Assembly: GCA_039679675.1 (NCBI GenBank)
Contig: JBDKUN010000059.1
Location: 32,001 to 96,000, forward strand
Source of the DNA: Armatimonadota bacterium
GTDB taxonomy: Bacteria > Armatimonadota > UBA5829 > DTLH01
Length of the DNA stretch: 64,000 bases
Direction: 5' to 3'
The translations under genes were made by a program, and so were the position numbers. The notes under the pieces were generated by a model that saw only the letters and a list, made by a program, of their open reading frames with translations, had not been told where the DNA came from and searched no databases. This document shows, in pieces, positions 48,214 through 58,394 of this stretch; position 1 is the stretch's first letter; each line of letters opens with the position of its first letter.

Positions 48214-49518
48214 CTACCTTGTCGCTACGCTCAAGCCTGAGAACAGGATGTGCGGTATCCATCTTCCGCCGGACTGCCTGTGGCTTATGTTTTCGATTGT
48301 GCCGATGTTCTTTAACCCCTCAAAAACATTGCCTGCAACCATGACATCCTTGACCCGTCCGACCAGTTCTCCGTTCTCGATCTTCAGTCCGTAGTGGACA
48401 TTACCGGAGAAATCGCCGCCTCTGGCATTTCCTGCCCATGCGCCGAGCGTCTGGTCTACCAGAAGGCCGTACTCTACACCTTTTATCATATCTTCAAGCG
48501 AAGTATCGCCTGCCTGGATTACCATGCCATTATATCCTGGGTTCGGCAGACTGCCGAGGCCTCTCTGGCCGTTTCCTGTCGGTTTTGCGCCTGCTTTCGC
48601 GGCTGTAGCAAGGTCATAGATAAAGTTCTTCACAACACCGTTCTCTACAAGCGGCATGCGGGTCGTCGGAAGCCCCTCGTCATCGAACGGACGGGAAGCG
48701 GCCGAGTAATCGATGATACCGTCGTCGTAAATCGAGATGCGCGGGTCCATTGCCTGTTTTCCGAGCTTGTCGGAGACAGGAGTCACACCCTGCAGCACCT
48801 CTTTGCCGCTGAACGCTATGGCAAACGGCAGGCTGAGTGTCATCTCAAACCCTTTCGGCGTAAAGATAACCGGCATGGTGCGCGTGTCTATCGGAACGAT
48901 ATTTTTGCCGCGAGCCGCTTTCTCTTTGATCGCGTTTATAACCTCGGCGATTTCGAACTTGCTTCTGGAATCGAGACCATCCCATATCTGGAGCATATCC
49001 GTTCCCTGAATAAGCTCCAGGCTTGCTCCAATTCCAAAATAAGTGTCCTTGCTTTCGACATCAAGCCCTTTTGTGTTGACCAGCCTGTGTGTGCCATAGG
49101 CTTTTTCTACCCCTACGGCAACCTGAGCATCTGGTTCAGCCTGTCTGATGCCGTCAAGCACCGCCTGGCCTATCTCGACCAATTGCTCGACCGAGACCTT
49201 TGCGACTTCCTCATCGTAAACTTTTACCGAAGGAAGTTCTGCAGGCTGAGATGGAAGCTCGAAATTGGCTTCCTGCCCGAACTGAGCCGTCTCGACCGCA
49301 TGCTGGACCAGATCAGCTGCGCCGTCCGGCTTGGTAGTCGAGGAAAACCCTATTTTTCCGTCTTTCACTATCCTGAGTGCATAACCCTTCACTGAACGGG
49401 TGGATGCCGATTTCAGCTTGTTGTTTTCGAACTCTACCGGGGTCTCTTCACTCACGACCTCGAATACTTCCGCATCCTGCGCAACACGCGCGGCCATCTC
49501 AAGAATCTTGTCTATCAT
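48214..49518 (-). CDS. TldE/PmbA family protein
   Basis: LRIVKDGKIGFSST, PFDDEG, PTGNG, GDFS; no HExxH motif. Confidence 0.88.
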   Translation of the reverse strand: MIDKILEMAARVAQDAEVFEVVSEETPVEFENNKLKSASTRSVKGYALRIVKDGKIGFSSTTKPDGAADLVQHAVETAQFGQEANFELPSQPAELPSVKVYDEEVAKVSVEQLVEIGQAVLDGIRQAEPDAQVAVGVEKAYGTHRLVNTKGLDVESKDTYFGIGASLELIQGTDMLQIWDGLDSRSKFEIAEVINAIKEKAARGKNIVPIDTRTMPVIFTPKGFEMTLSLPFAIAFSGKEVLQGVTPVSDKLGKQAMDPRISIYDDGIIDYSAASRPFDDEGLPTTRMPLVENGVVKNFIYDLATAAKAGAKPTGNGQRGLGSLPNPGYNGMVIQAGDTSLEDMIKGVEYGLLVDQTLGAWAGNARGGDFSGNVHYGLKIENGELVGRVKDVMVAGNVFEGLKNIGTIENISHRQSGGRWIPHILFSGLSVATR

Positions 49519-49519
49519 C

Positions 49520-50887
49520 TTACTTTCCTCCCACCACGCAGTTGCGGATTCTGAAGTGCGGTCCGGCGAATCCTACGGGAAGCGGAGACTGCCCGCCTTT
49601 GCCGCATCCGCCGCCTTTCTTCGGCCATACAATGTCGTTGCCGATGGCATCGATGTTCTCTAGCGTCGTAAAGACGTTACCTGTCAGGTTTACGCCCCTC
49701 ACCCGCTCGGCTATCTTGCCTTTTCGAATCATGAACGCTTCTCTTGCCGAGAAGGTAAACATTTCGCCGGAAGTCTGCCCACCGAGGCTGTCTATAACGT
49801 AAAGCCCCTCGTCCACATCCGAGAGTATATCTTCCATCGTAACATCCTTTGACGGAGCGACGTAGGTATTCGTCATCCTGACTATAGGCGGGAAGGTATA
49901 ATTCAAGGCACGTGCGTTGCCTGTAGGCTCTTCGCCCATTTTTGCTGCGCTCTCGCGCGAATGGAGCCGCCCGACCAGAACACCTTCTTTTACGAGGTAT
50001 GTCGGCTTTTTCAGCACGCCTTCATTGTCATACTTGATAGTTCCGCCGCTGCCTGGAATATCAGCACCGTCAAGAATATTCAGGTGCTTGCCACCGAACC
50101 GTCTGCCGAGCACCATCAGGTCTCTCATCTGCTGATTTTCAGCCATATCGTCAGCTTCAGAAAGGTGCCCGAAAGCTTCATGCGCGAATATTCCGGCAAG
50201 GCTTGGATCGACTATGACTGTATAGCTTCCACCATTGATTCTGGGGGCGGAAAGCATCTCTATCGCAGCTTCTCCCATCTTCTTCACATCGCTGTGCCGG
50301 TCTTCGAACACTCCATAGTCCTGCGTAGAGGAAACGCTCGAAGTATTCTGCTGAATGTCGTCTCCCATCCTCGCGACGGCCTGGGTTGATCCAACCACAT
50401 AGACGCGCTCACTATCAATCCAGGTTCCATCAGTGTTAGCGTAGTAAATCTTGTTCCATGTGTCGCTGTAATTGACGAAACAGGTCTGAATTTTATCGCC
50501 AAGCGAGAGTATTACCTCTGCATACTCCTCTACAAGCTTCTTTTTGTCGGATAGAGAGACTGTCCTTGGGTCTTTTATTATCGCAGGCCGGACTTCATCC
50601 ACAACAGGCTCCACCGGGGCCAACTGGGTCTTGTCTTTGCCGACGAGCTTTGCCTGCAGAACGGCAAGTTTGACCTTGTCCTTCAGATTGTCCAGTGTGT
50701 TGAAGGAAACGAACCCCCATCCTCCGTTCACAGCTGCTCTTACGTTGCCGCCGAAACCGGAAAGCCGACTTATGGAGTCCAGGTCTCGCCCACGGTATGA
50801 CACCGCTGTGCGATCCGACTCTTCCACCCGGATTTCCACATAATCAGCGCCGTGATCTTTCAACGCATCATTTATTAAGTTTCTCAT
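49520..50887 (-). CDS. tldD: TldD metalloprotease
   Basis: HEAFGHLSEAD, YDNEG, PTGNAR, RMTNT, CGKGGQ. Confidence 0.9.
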   Translation of the reverse strand: MRNLINDALKDHGADYVEIRVEESDRTAVSYRGRDLDSISRLSGFGGNVRAAVNGGWGFVSFNTLDNLKDKVKLAVLQAKLVGKDKTQLAPVEPVVDEVRPAIIKDPRTVSLSDKKKLVEEYAEVILSLGDKIQTCFVNYSDTWNKIYYANTDGTWIDSERVYVVGSTQAVARMGDDIQQNTSSVSSTQDYGVFEDRHSDVKKMGEAAIEMLSAPRINGGSYTVIVDPSLAGIFAHEAFGHLSEADDMAENQQMRDLMVLGRRFGGKHLNILDGADIPGSGGTIKYDNEGVLKKPTYLVKEGVLVGRLHSRESAAKMGEEPTGNARALNYTFPPIVRMTNTYVAPSKDVTMEDILSDVDEGLYVIDSLGGQTSGEMFTFSAREAFMIRKGKIAERVRGVNLTGNVFTTLENIDAIGNDIVWPKKGGGCGKGGQSPLPVGFAGPHFRIRNCVVGGK

Positions 50888-50933
50888 TACCTCACCTTAT
50901 ATTGAGATTTTGTACAACAACTGCCTAAATTCT

Positions 50934-52007
50934 TTAACGCACTACTACAATATCCTTGGCTGACTTCGTAAGCACCTCTACATCGGAATCAGTCACGGCG
51001 ATATCGTCCTCTATCCTTACACCGCCCCAGTCTTCAACGTATATTCCAGGCTCGACGGTGATTATCATACCCGGCTCAAGCACAATACTGCTCCTCTGGC
51101 TAAATCCATCACCGTCATGCACCGTTAGCCCTATGCTGTGCCCCAACCCATGCCCGAAGTAATCGCCGTAGCCTTCAGATTTTATGTGTTCTCTGGCAAC
51201 GGTATCTATCTCGCTGCCCTTCATACCAGGCTTAATTGCAGATATTGCAGCCAATTGAGCATCTAGAACGACGTTATATACCTCTCTCTGGCGCTCGTCC
51301 GGCTCTCCCATAAAGATTGTGCGGGTCAGATCGGAACAATAACCATCTACTTGCGCACCGAAGTCCATCTTGAGCATCTGCCCTTCTTTCAAGACATCGT
51401 CGGTAGGTTGATGATGAGGACACGCAGCATTCGGGCCAGCCGCCACTATCGTATCGAACGACTGCTTCTCTGCGCCGAGCTTCCGCATATATGTGTCTAT
51501 CTCAAGCGCTATCTCCCGTTCCGTCACCCCCGGTTTGACCCATGAGACGATATGCGCAAAACACTTGTCTGCGACAACTACAGCGCGCTTTATAGTATCT
51601 ATCTCGCATGAGTCCTTCACCATTCTAAGCTTCTCGACCATTCCTTTTACGCCGATAAGCCTGGTGTTCTTAGACACCAGCCGCCGAATCCTCTGATGTG
51701 TGCTGTATGTGACACAGTTCGGCTCGAACCCAAGTTTTGCAGGAGCTACTTCGTTCAGAATCTCTGCCGCAGCCTCTAGTGTGCCGCCGGAATAAAGGGT
51801 CACATCGAAATCGGGGCATTCGGCTGACGCTTGAAGAACATATCTGGAATCAACAAGGATAATCGCCTGATCATCAGTGATAATGACAGTCGCGGTGCTT
51901 CCGGTAAACCCGCTTATGTATCGGATATTGACGAGATTCGTTATTAGCATGGCGTCCACACGCCGTTTGCCCATCTCTTCTCTTATCCGCTCTAGTCGAT
52001 TGCTCAT
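50934..52007 (-). CDS. Xaa-Pro aminopeptidase (M24B)
   Basis: DFG..YCSDLTRT, HGLGHSIG..VH, TVEPGIY, GVRIED. Confidence 0.93.
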   Translation of the reverse strand: MSNRLERIREEMGKRRVDAMLITNLVNIRYISGFTGSTATVIITDDQAIILVDSRYVLQASAECPDFDVTLYSGGTLEAAAEILNEVAPAKLGFEPNCVTYSTHQRIRRLVSKNTRLIGVKGMVEKLRMVKDSCEIDTIKRAVVVADKCFAHIVSWVKPGVTEREIALEIDTYMRKLGAEKQSFDTIVAAGPNAACPHHQPTDDVLKEGQMLKMDFGAQVDGYCSDLTRTIFMGEPDERQREVYNVVLDAQLAAISAIKPGMKGSEIDTVAREHIKSEGYGDYFGHGLGHSIGLTVHDGDGFSQRSSIVLEPGMIITVEPGIYVEDWGGVRIEDDIAVTDSDVEVLTKSAKDIVVVR

Positions 52008-52083
52008 AATTTTCTCCTTACAGCTTTTCTTTTATCACGAAATGGAGAAATGAAGAAAGGTAATTGAATGCGGATGTCGATAA

Positions 52084-52113
52084 AAAAGCGGCGTCAAGCC
52101 GCCGCACTCCAAA
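52084..52113. repeat. REP-like palindrome, family TTTGGAGTGCGG (inverted)
   Basis: aaaagcggcgtcaagccgccgcactccaaa. Confidence 0.65.
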
Positions 52114-52164
52114 GCAGTTCATCCTACTATCCCTTCAGTCTCTCCTTCGCGACTAAATCTGAAT

Positions 52165-52602
52165 CTATCCTGCCAGAATTGATTTTAAGGCGTGTAGAGC
52201 CAAGATATAACTCTCGGAGCCGAAACCAGAAATTACCCCTTTTGCAACCGGAGCAGTCACGGAAACTTTTCGGAAGTCCTCTCTCGCGTAGATATTGGAC
52301 ATGTGAACCTCCACCACCGGCATGTCTACCGCTGCGAGAGCATCCCTTATTGCATAGCTGTAATGGGTATAAGCGCCGGGGTTGATAATTATGCCTCCGA
52401 CTGCCGATTTAGCCGCTTGCTGGACAGCATCTATAATCTCACCTTCGCTGTTGGACTGGTAAAACTCGACATTTATCCCAAAATCACCTGCGGCAGCATA
52501 TATCTTATTATTAACATCATCAATAGTCTGGCAGCCGTAAACATCCGGCTCGCGGGTTCCCAGCATATTCAGGTTTGGGCCATGGATAACAAGTATTTTC
52601 AT
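52165..52602 (-). CDS. aroQ: Type II 3-dehydroquinate dehydratase
   Basis: HGPNLNMLGTREP, INPGAYTHYS, EVHMSN..REDFR. Confidence 0.96.
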   Translation of the reverse strand: MKILVIHGPNLNMLGTREPDVYGCQTIDDVNNKIYAAAGDFGINVEFYQSNSEGEIIDAVQQAAKSAVGGIIINPGAYTHYSYAIRDALAAVDMPVVEVHMSNIYAREDFRKVSVTAPVAKGVISGFGSESYILALHALKSILAG

Positions 52603-52769
52603 TCCGTCTCCTCGACCAGCATGGCTGGAACGCCGTCTTCTACAGAATACACCCTGCCGCATTTCGCACAGAACAATTTGCCATCTGTCATCTCGACTCT
52701 GGGCCGGTCTTCGCAGGCCGGACAGCGTAGCAAATCAAGCAACCTCTGATTAATTTGCTTTTCCGGCAT
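52599..52769 (-). CDS. Trm112/YcaR family protein
   Basis: LLDLLRCPAC...C..CGRVYSVEDGVP.ML; GGAGG RBS. Confidence 0.88.
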   Translation of the reverse strand: MPEKQINQRLLDLLRCPACEDRPRVEMTDGKLFCAKCGRVYSVEDGVPAMLVEETE

Positions 52770-53514
52770 CTTTGTCCTCCTTGCTCTGAGCGGTATCGAT
52801 AGTATAGGCATTAACAACACTATCAGCCGAGCCTTCCATATGGACCAACCCCTGGTCCAGCCATATGGCTCTCGACGCGACACGGCGAACGGCGGGCAGA
52901 TCGTGAGAAACAAATATTATCGTCTTCCCGAGTTTCTGAAACTCCTCGATCTTGCTGTAACACTTGGACTGGAACGCCTCGTCTCCTACTGCCAGGACTT
53001 CATCCACCAGAAGAATGTCAGGGTCTACCTGCACGGCAACAGAGAACCCAAGCCGCATGACCATTCCCTTGGAGTAGGTTTTGATCGGAGCGTCGATGAA
53101 CTTCTCAAGCTCGGCAAACTGAACTATCTCGTCAATCTTACCCTTCATATCGCGGGTCCTGATGCCAAGTATAGCCCCGTTCAGGTAAATATTCTCTATC
53201 CCGGTCAATTCTGGATGAAAACCTGCTCCAAGTTCGAGCAGAGCGGAGACTCTGCCGTGCACTATCACATTACCACTCGTCGGTTTGTATATACGGCCGA
53301 TGATCCCCAGCATCGTGCTTTTGCCCGAACCATTTTTGCCGATAACCGCCAGCGTTTCACCTTGCTTGACGGAGATATTTACCCCTTTCAGTGCCTGAAG
53401 CTCTTCTGGCTTTCTATTATAGAACGAGAGCACCATCGATTTGAGTGAATTTGACTGTCCGTGCCACAGCTTGAACGTCTTCCTCACATTCTGGATTTCG
53501 ACTGAGTATTCCAT
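52750..53514 (-). CDS. Polysaccharide export ABC ATPase (Wzt/TagH-like)
   Basis: GKNGSGKST, GAGFHPELTG.EN, YSKGM..RLGF, DEVLAVGD. Confidence 0.92.
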   Translation of the reverse strand: MEYSVEIQNVRKTFKLWHGQSNSLKSMVLSFYNRKPEELQALKGVNISVKQGETLAVIGKNGSGKSTMLGIIGRIYKPTSGNVIVHGRVSALLELGAGFHPELTGIENIYLNGAILGIRTRDMKGKIDEIVQFAELEKFIDAPIKTYSKGMVMRLGFSVAVQVDPDILLVDEVLAVGDEAFQSKCYSKIEEFQKLGKTIIFVSHDLPAVRRVASRAIWLDQGLVHMEGSADSVVNAYTIDTAQSKEDKDAGKAN

Positions 53515-54359
53515 CAAATCTGCTCCGCGAAGCTCCATTTACGAGCGTTGAAGTAAGCATAGCCGAGGATTGCTGTCAAAAGTGATACGGCTCCTGCTAT
53601 CGCAAGAAACTCGTAGTTGAAAGGCAGGTCTTTTATCTCGAATGCCGTCTTCACTTGCGGCGGGACACTGTATGGCTGCAGAAGCAGCTTTCTGAACGCA
53701 ATAACGATCGTATTGAGCGGGACTAATTGATACAGCGAAAAGAAAATGCTCCGTGTCGCTGCCGGGAGCTTTGTATAGATCATCTCCGAGAGATAGATCA
53801 CAGGAGTGAGATAGAACAAAATATTGAGAAGCACTGATACTATGTACTTTATGTCTTCGTAAAACACGTTCAGGCAAGAGATAAAAAACGAAAGCCCTGT
53901 TATCAGGAGAAACTCGATCAGGATCAAAACCGGCAGTAAAAGCCATGTAGCCACAATCGGAGTGCCAATAACAAGCAGGTAGATAAAAAACACGATGATC
54001 GCAAGCAAAAAGTGAACAAGGTTTGCAATCACCATTGAAAGCGGCAGCACTTCGCGAGGAAAATAGACCTTTTTAAGCAGATCATGATGCATCAGGACTG
54101 CCTGGCTCGCGTCCATCAGGGACATTTGGAAAAACATCCATGGAAGATACGCCACCAAAAGATATGCTGAGTAGTTCGGTATCTCCACCCTCATAATATA
54201 CTTTACTACGAGCGTAATTGTTGCGACCTGCACGAGCGGATTGATGAGCGACCAGAAAAACCCCAGCACTGAGTTTTTGTAGCGCACCTTGAGGTCGCGA
54301 ACGACAAGTTGCATAAGCAGATCACGATATTTATAGAGTTCCGATAATTCCTTTATCAT
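53514..54359 (-). CDS. Polysaccharide export ABC permease (Wzm/TagG-like)
   Basis: RDLKVRYKNSVLGFFWSLINPL, KKVYFPRE, FYLTPVIY. Confidence 0.92.
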   Translation of the reverse strand: MIKELSELYKYRDLLMQLVVRDLKVRYKNSVLGFFWSLINPLVQVATITLVVKYIMRVEIPNYSAYLLVAYLPWMFFQMSLMDASQAVLMHHDLLKKVYFPREVLPLSMVIANLVHFLLAIIVFFIYLLVIGTPIVATWLLLPVLILIEFLLITGLSFFISCLNVFYEDIKYIVSVLLNILFYLTPVIYLSEMIYTKLPAATRSIFFSLYQLVPLNTIVIAFRKLLLQPYSVPPQVKTAFEIKDLPFNYEFLAIAGAVSLLTAILGYAYFNARKWSFAEQI

Positions 54360-54421
54360 TTTTGTCCGTTAGAGTATAGATCAACCCCTGCTGCGAGTCA
54401 ATTTTGTAGAAGGTACTTTCT

Positions 54422-55525
54422 CTAAAAGTTAATCTTATGCCTTCTCATACCGATTCCGACCAGAATGCCGAGAGCCATCATATTTGCAAGCAGACTGCTT
54501 CCACCATAGCTAAAAAGCGGAAGCGGAACACCTGTTACAGGCATAATTCCAAGTGTCATCCCGATATTTACGAATATATGAAACGTAAACATACACACGA
54601 TTCCGGCGGCTATAAGTCTGCCTATTTCATCCTCAGTCTCCGCCATTATTGTTAAGCCCTTCCACAGCAGGAGGAAATACATCAGTATGAGCGGTGCAGC
54701 GCCGACAAACCCCAGCTCTTCTGCTGCCACCGTGAATATGAAATCAGTGTGGTTTTCAGGAATAAATCCTAGTTGGCTCTGTGTCCCGTGAAGCCAGCCT
54801 TTGCCTGTTACCTGCCCGGAGCCGATTGCAATCCTTGATTGAACTATATGATACCCGGACCCTCTGGGGTCTGACTTCGGGTTTATAAAACTTGTGAGTC
54901 TCGCTTTCTGATAGTCCTCAAGCACTCCGACATTCAACCCGATAGCACCGATTATTACTACACCAAGTACAAATATCGCCAGATGCTTCCAGTTAGCTCC
55001 GGCGATAAACGTCATTCCGAACCAGATAGATGTCAAAACAAGCGATGTTCCTAAATCCGGTTGTTTAAAGATGAGGAGCATCGGTACAGCGACGTGGACA
55101 AAAGATAGCACGAAAGTCCCGAATTCGTTGATCTTGTCTTTGTGTTTAACCAGGAAAACAGCCAGCGTAATGATAATTGCAATCTTTGCAAACTCCGACG
55201 GCTGGATAACAAGGTTGCCGACTCCTATCCAGCGCTGAGAGCCTTTACGCTCGACACCCACAATGAAGACGCTTGCCAGAAGAAACAGGTTTATTCCATA
55301 AATCCAATTGGTGATGCGCGGATAGCTCTTATGGTCTATCGATGCGGCGACAGCAAACGCGATGCATCCGGCTACAGCCCACATTAGCTGCTTTCGGACC
55401 ATCGTCACTTCAAGTCCACTGCCCCTGCTTGCGCTATATATGATCAAAAGACCGTATGTAATAATAGCGAGCATCAGCAGGACAAGACCGATATCAAAAT
55501 TTCTAAGAAGCCTGCGTTCGACCAT
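54422..55525 (-). CDS. rodA: Rod shape-determining SEDS protein RodA
   Basis: QRWI, IQPSEFAK, QPDLGT, IPENHTDFIF, GVPLPLFSYGGSS. Confidence 0.9.
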   Translation of the reverse strand: MVERRLLRNFDIGLVLLMLAIITYGLLIIYSASRGSGLEVTMVRKQLMWAVAGCIAFAVAASIDHKSYPRITNWIYGINLFLLASVFIVGVERKGSQRWIGVGNLVIQPSEFAKIAIIITLAVFLVKHKDKINEFGTFVLSFVHVAVPMLLIFKQPDLGTSLVLTSIWFGMTFIAGANWKHLAIFVLGVVIIGAIGLNVGVLEDYQKARLTSFINPKSDPRGSGYHIVQSRIAIGSGQVTGKGWLHGTQSQLGFIPENHTDFIFTVAAEELGFVGAAPLILMYFLLLWKGLTIMAETEDEIGRLIAAGIVCMFTFHIFVNIGMTLGIMPVTGVPLPLFSYGGSSLLANMMALGILVGIGMRRHKINF

Positions 55526-55628
55526 TTTGCTACTCTTTTATTATAATGTATAAACGTGTAGACTTTACAGATAGAAACGCATATTACTCAAGATTTTTAT
55601 TACTGACAGCTCTACAGGAGAACGTCTA

Positions 55629-56939
55629 TTGAAGAATACGACCATAATAACAGCTATGTTAGCGCTGTTTGCCGCAATATCGGTCTCCCCGGCAGTTGGA
55701 TCGATAAACTCGCCTGTAACATCTACAACACTTGATAACGGACTCAAAGTTCTTGTTCAGGAAGACCACTCGACAGACCTAGTTGCCGTAGATATATGGA
55801 TAAAAGCCGGCAGCATCGATGAGACAGCAGCAACAAACGGTGTTTCACATTTCATTGAACACCTTCTGTTTAAAGCCACAGAAAAACGCAATCCCGGACA
55901 GGTCGATATGGAGATAGAGAGCATCGGTGCCAGTCTCGAAGCAAAGACAGGTAAAGACTGGACTCACTGTTTCACGGTTGTCGCCCGCCGATACCTGGAC
56001 AAGTCTCTAGATATTATGGCCGATGTCGTTACGGGGCCCAAATTTGATCCGGGAGATATAGAACACGAGCGCCGTATTATCATGGACGAAATAGCCAGGA
56101 AGGAGAGTAACCCCACCTCCGTTCTGCAGGACCTTTTGTATTCTGCTGCGTATAAATCACATCCATATGGCATGCCTGTCGAAGGCACCAAAGATTCTGT
56201 GTCTAAGGTTACACGTGAAACTATTACAGAATTTTACAACAGACTGTACGTGCCGGAGAACATGGCAGTAGTTCTGGTCGGCGATATATCACCGGATGAA
56301 GCCCTCACAGCAGTCAAAAAAGCATTTGTTGGATTTAGGAAGAAGCCTCTCATCGAAAGCCCGATTGCGCAGGAACCGGTAAGGACTGAGCAGGTGCGGA
56401 AAACGGTGCACTCAAACACAAAACTAGCTTATTTAGGTATCGCCTTCCCGGCACCGTCTATCAAAAACCGTCCTGATGTGTATGCAATGGACCTTCTTAT
56501 GTCATATCTAGGCCTCGGTTATCAGAGCTGGCTTTCGACAGAATTGAAAAGCAACCAGCGGCTTGTTGTAGATGCATCCAGCGATTTTTTGACGCAAAGA
56601 GATCCAGGACTCGCCATTTTGACAATTTCGTCAGAACCCGACAAGGTCACAAAAGCTGAAGAAGCTATTTTTAGCAAAATAGCTGATCTCAGGACCAATA
56701 AAATAGAGGAAACAGACCTTGCCAGGGCAAGAAGATCACTGGAAGGTGGGTTCGCGTTCGATACCGAGACATTCGCTGGCCGGGCCTCTACCATTGGTTT
56801 CTATGAAGCCACGGACAAATTCGATCTCGCTCAGTCTTATATCGAAAACATCCGAAAAGTCACACCGGATGATGTCCTTTTCCTGGCAAAGAAGTATCTT
56901 GACCCAAATAAAGCTGTCGTCGTGACACTCGGACCGTAA
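55629..56939 (+). CDS. M16 family zinc peptidase, catalytic subunit, exported
   Basis: HFIEH (HxxEH) motif; signal peptide. Confidence 0.9.
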   Translation: MKNTTIITAMLALFAAISVSPAVGSINSPVTSTTLDNGLKVLVQEDHSTDLVAVDIWIKAGSIDETAATNGVSHFIEHLLFKATEKRNPGQVDMEIESIGASLEAKTGKDWTHCFTVVARRYLDKSLDIMADVVTGPKFDPGDIEHERRIIMDEIARKESNPTSVLQDLLYSAAYKSHPYGMPVEGTKDSVSKVTRETITEFYNRLYVPENMAVVLVGDISPDEALTAVKKAFVGFRKKPLIESPIAQEPVRTEQVRKTVHSNTKLAYLGIAFPAPSIKNRPDVYAMDLLMSYLGLGYQSWLSTELKSNQRLVVDASSDFLTQRDPGLAILTISSEPDKVTKAEEAIFSKIADLRTNKIEETDLARARRSLEGGFAFDTETFAGRASTIGFYEATDKFDLAQSYIENIRKVTPDDVLFLAKKYLDPNKAVVVTLGP

Positions 56940-56962
56940 TATAAACTGGAGAATTGCTGAAT

Positions 56963-58315
56963 ATGTCTACTTACAGGAGTTTTATCCCAATACTAGCGCT
57001 TTTTATCCTGAGCTTTGCATTTTCCGCAACTGCAGCCGATTCGCCCAAATTCACCAAAACGGTCCTGCCTAACGGATTGACGGTTATCGTAAAACCGGAA
57101 GAAAGCGCAGGAATAGTCGCAATCGAAGTTTTTATTAAGGCGGGTGCTGCCGAGGAACGGGAATCGAATGCAGGAATAGGCAATTTGATTGCGCACACTC
57201 TCCTTGCCAGCACCAGGAACAAACGTGCCGAAAAGGTTGCTGCGATTGCAGATGAAGTGGGTGGAAACCTGCAGACCGAGTGGAATCCCGACTATACCGA
57301 GATCAAGACTATAACGACAACGCCCGAATTCGATGACGCAGTTATTCTATTGGGCGATATTCTTAATAACGCCAATTTCGAGCAAAAATGGGTAGACCGC
57401 GCAAGACAGGAAATGCTTACCGAAATGGCTGCCGAAGACGATGACATTTTTGACGCTACCTGCGAGCAGATCAGGCAGCGGCTTTACAGTGACAACCCAT
57501 ACCATCGTCCTGCAAGCGGCTATGTGAGGACGCTTCAAAGTCTGACACCGGACGACCTTCAAAAGTTCTATAACCAGTATTATGTTCCGAATAATATAGT
57601 GATAGCTGTGGTCGGCGATGTTAAGACAGATCATGCGGTGAAAATGTTCTCGATGGCCTTTGCGGGTATCAGTTCGAAGACTCTGCCGAAACAGCGCCCG
57701 ATCCCTGAAGAATCTCTTGCAGAATCGAAGAGCGACCTGCTGGAACGGCCTATAGGTGCAGCTTATATTCTTTTCGGGTTCCTTGCCCCGTCGATCAAGT
57801 CACCGGATTACCCGGCGGCGAGAGTAGCCGCAGTTGCGCTGGGGAGCGGTAAGGGATCAAGAATGTTTCAGAACATCCGCGAGAAGCAGGGGCTTGCCTA
57901 TGAGCTTGGTACAGTTTATCCGATGATGAAGGAACAGAGCCACATACTCGTCTATCTGGTGACAGACCCTTATAAGCTCACATATCCGGGACTCACAATC
58001 GAGATGACCCTTGAAGATGTAAAAAAAGCTGTTCTGGCTGAGATTAACAAAATGCAGAACGAACCGCTTACAAATGAAGAATTGGAACGTGCAAAGCGTT
58101 ATACTATAGGCACATACGCGCTCTCTCATCAGCGGATTCGTGAGCGGGCGTTCCACCTTGGGTGGACAGAAGCAATTGGACTTGGCTGCGAGTACGATTC
58201 AGAGTATTCCTCGGATATAGAGGCCGTGACAGCCGCCGATGTACAGCGTATTGCAAAAAAGTATCTGAATAACTATGCAATGACAATCGTTCTGCCGGAA
58301 GCAATAGAAAAGTAG
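56963..58315 (+). CDS. M16 family peptidase, non-catalytic partner subunit, exported
   Basis: HxxEH replaced by NLIAH; retains IREKQGLAY; signal peptide; alternative start at 56954. Confidence 0.85.
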   Translation: MSTYRSFIPILALFILSFAFSATAADSPKFTKTVLPNGLTVIVKPEESAGIVAIEVFIKAGAAEERESNAGIGNLIAHTLLASTRNKRAEKVAAIADEVGGNLQTEWNPDYTEIKTITTTPEFDDAVILLGDILNNANFEQKWVDRARQEMLTEMAAEDDDIFDATCEQIRQRLYSDNPYHRPASGYVRTLQSLTPDDLQKFYNQYYVPNNIVIAVVGDVKTDHAVKMFSMAFAGISSKTLPKQRPIPEESLAESKSDLLERPIGAAYILFGFLAPSIKSPDYPAARVAAVALGSGKGSRMFQNIREKQGLAYELGTVYPMMKEQSHILVYLVTDPYKLTYPGLTIEMTLEDVKKAVLAEINKMQNEPLTNEELERAKRYTIGTYALSHQRIRERAFHLGWTEAIGLGCEYDSEYSSDIEAVTAADVQRIAKKYLNNYAMTIVLPEAIEK

Positions 58316-58394
58316 CCTTCTTCTATCATCCAGAGAAGGATTATTGTCATGTAAGCAAGAAAAGGTAAGAAAACACGAAACAGGTAACAGAAAT

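Noticed and set aside
58316..58394. Leucine attenuator or T-box before leuA
   Set aside because: Only about 80 bp, with no Leu-rich leader peptide, T-box motif or terminator.
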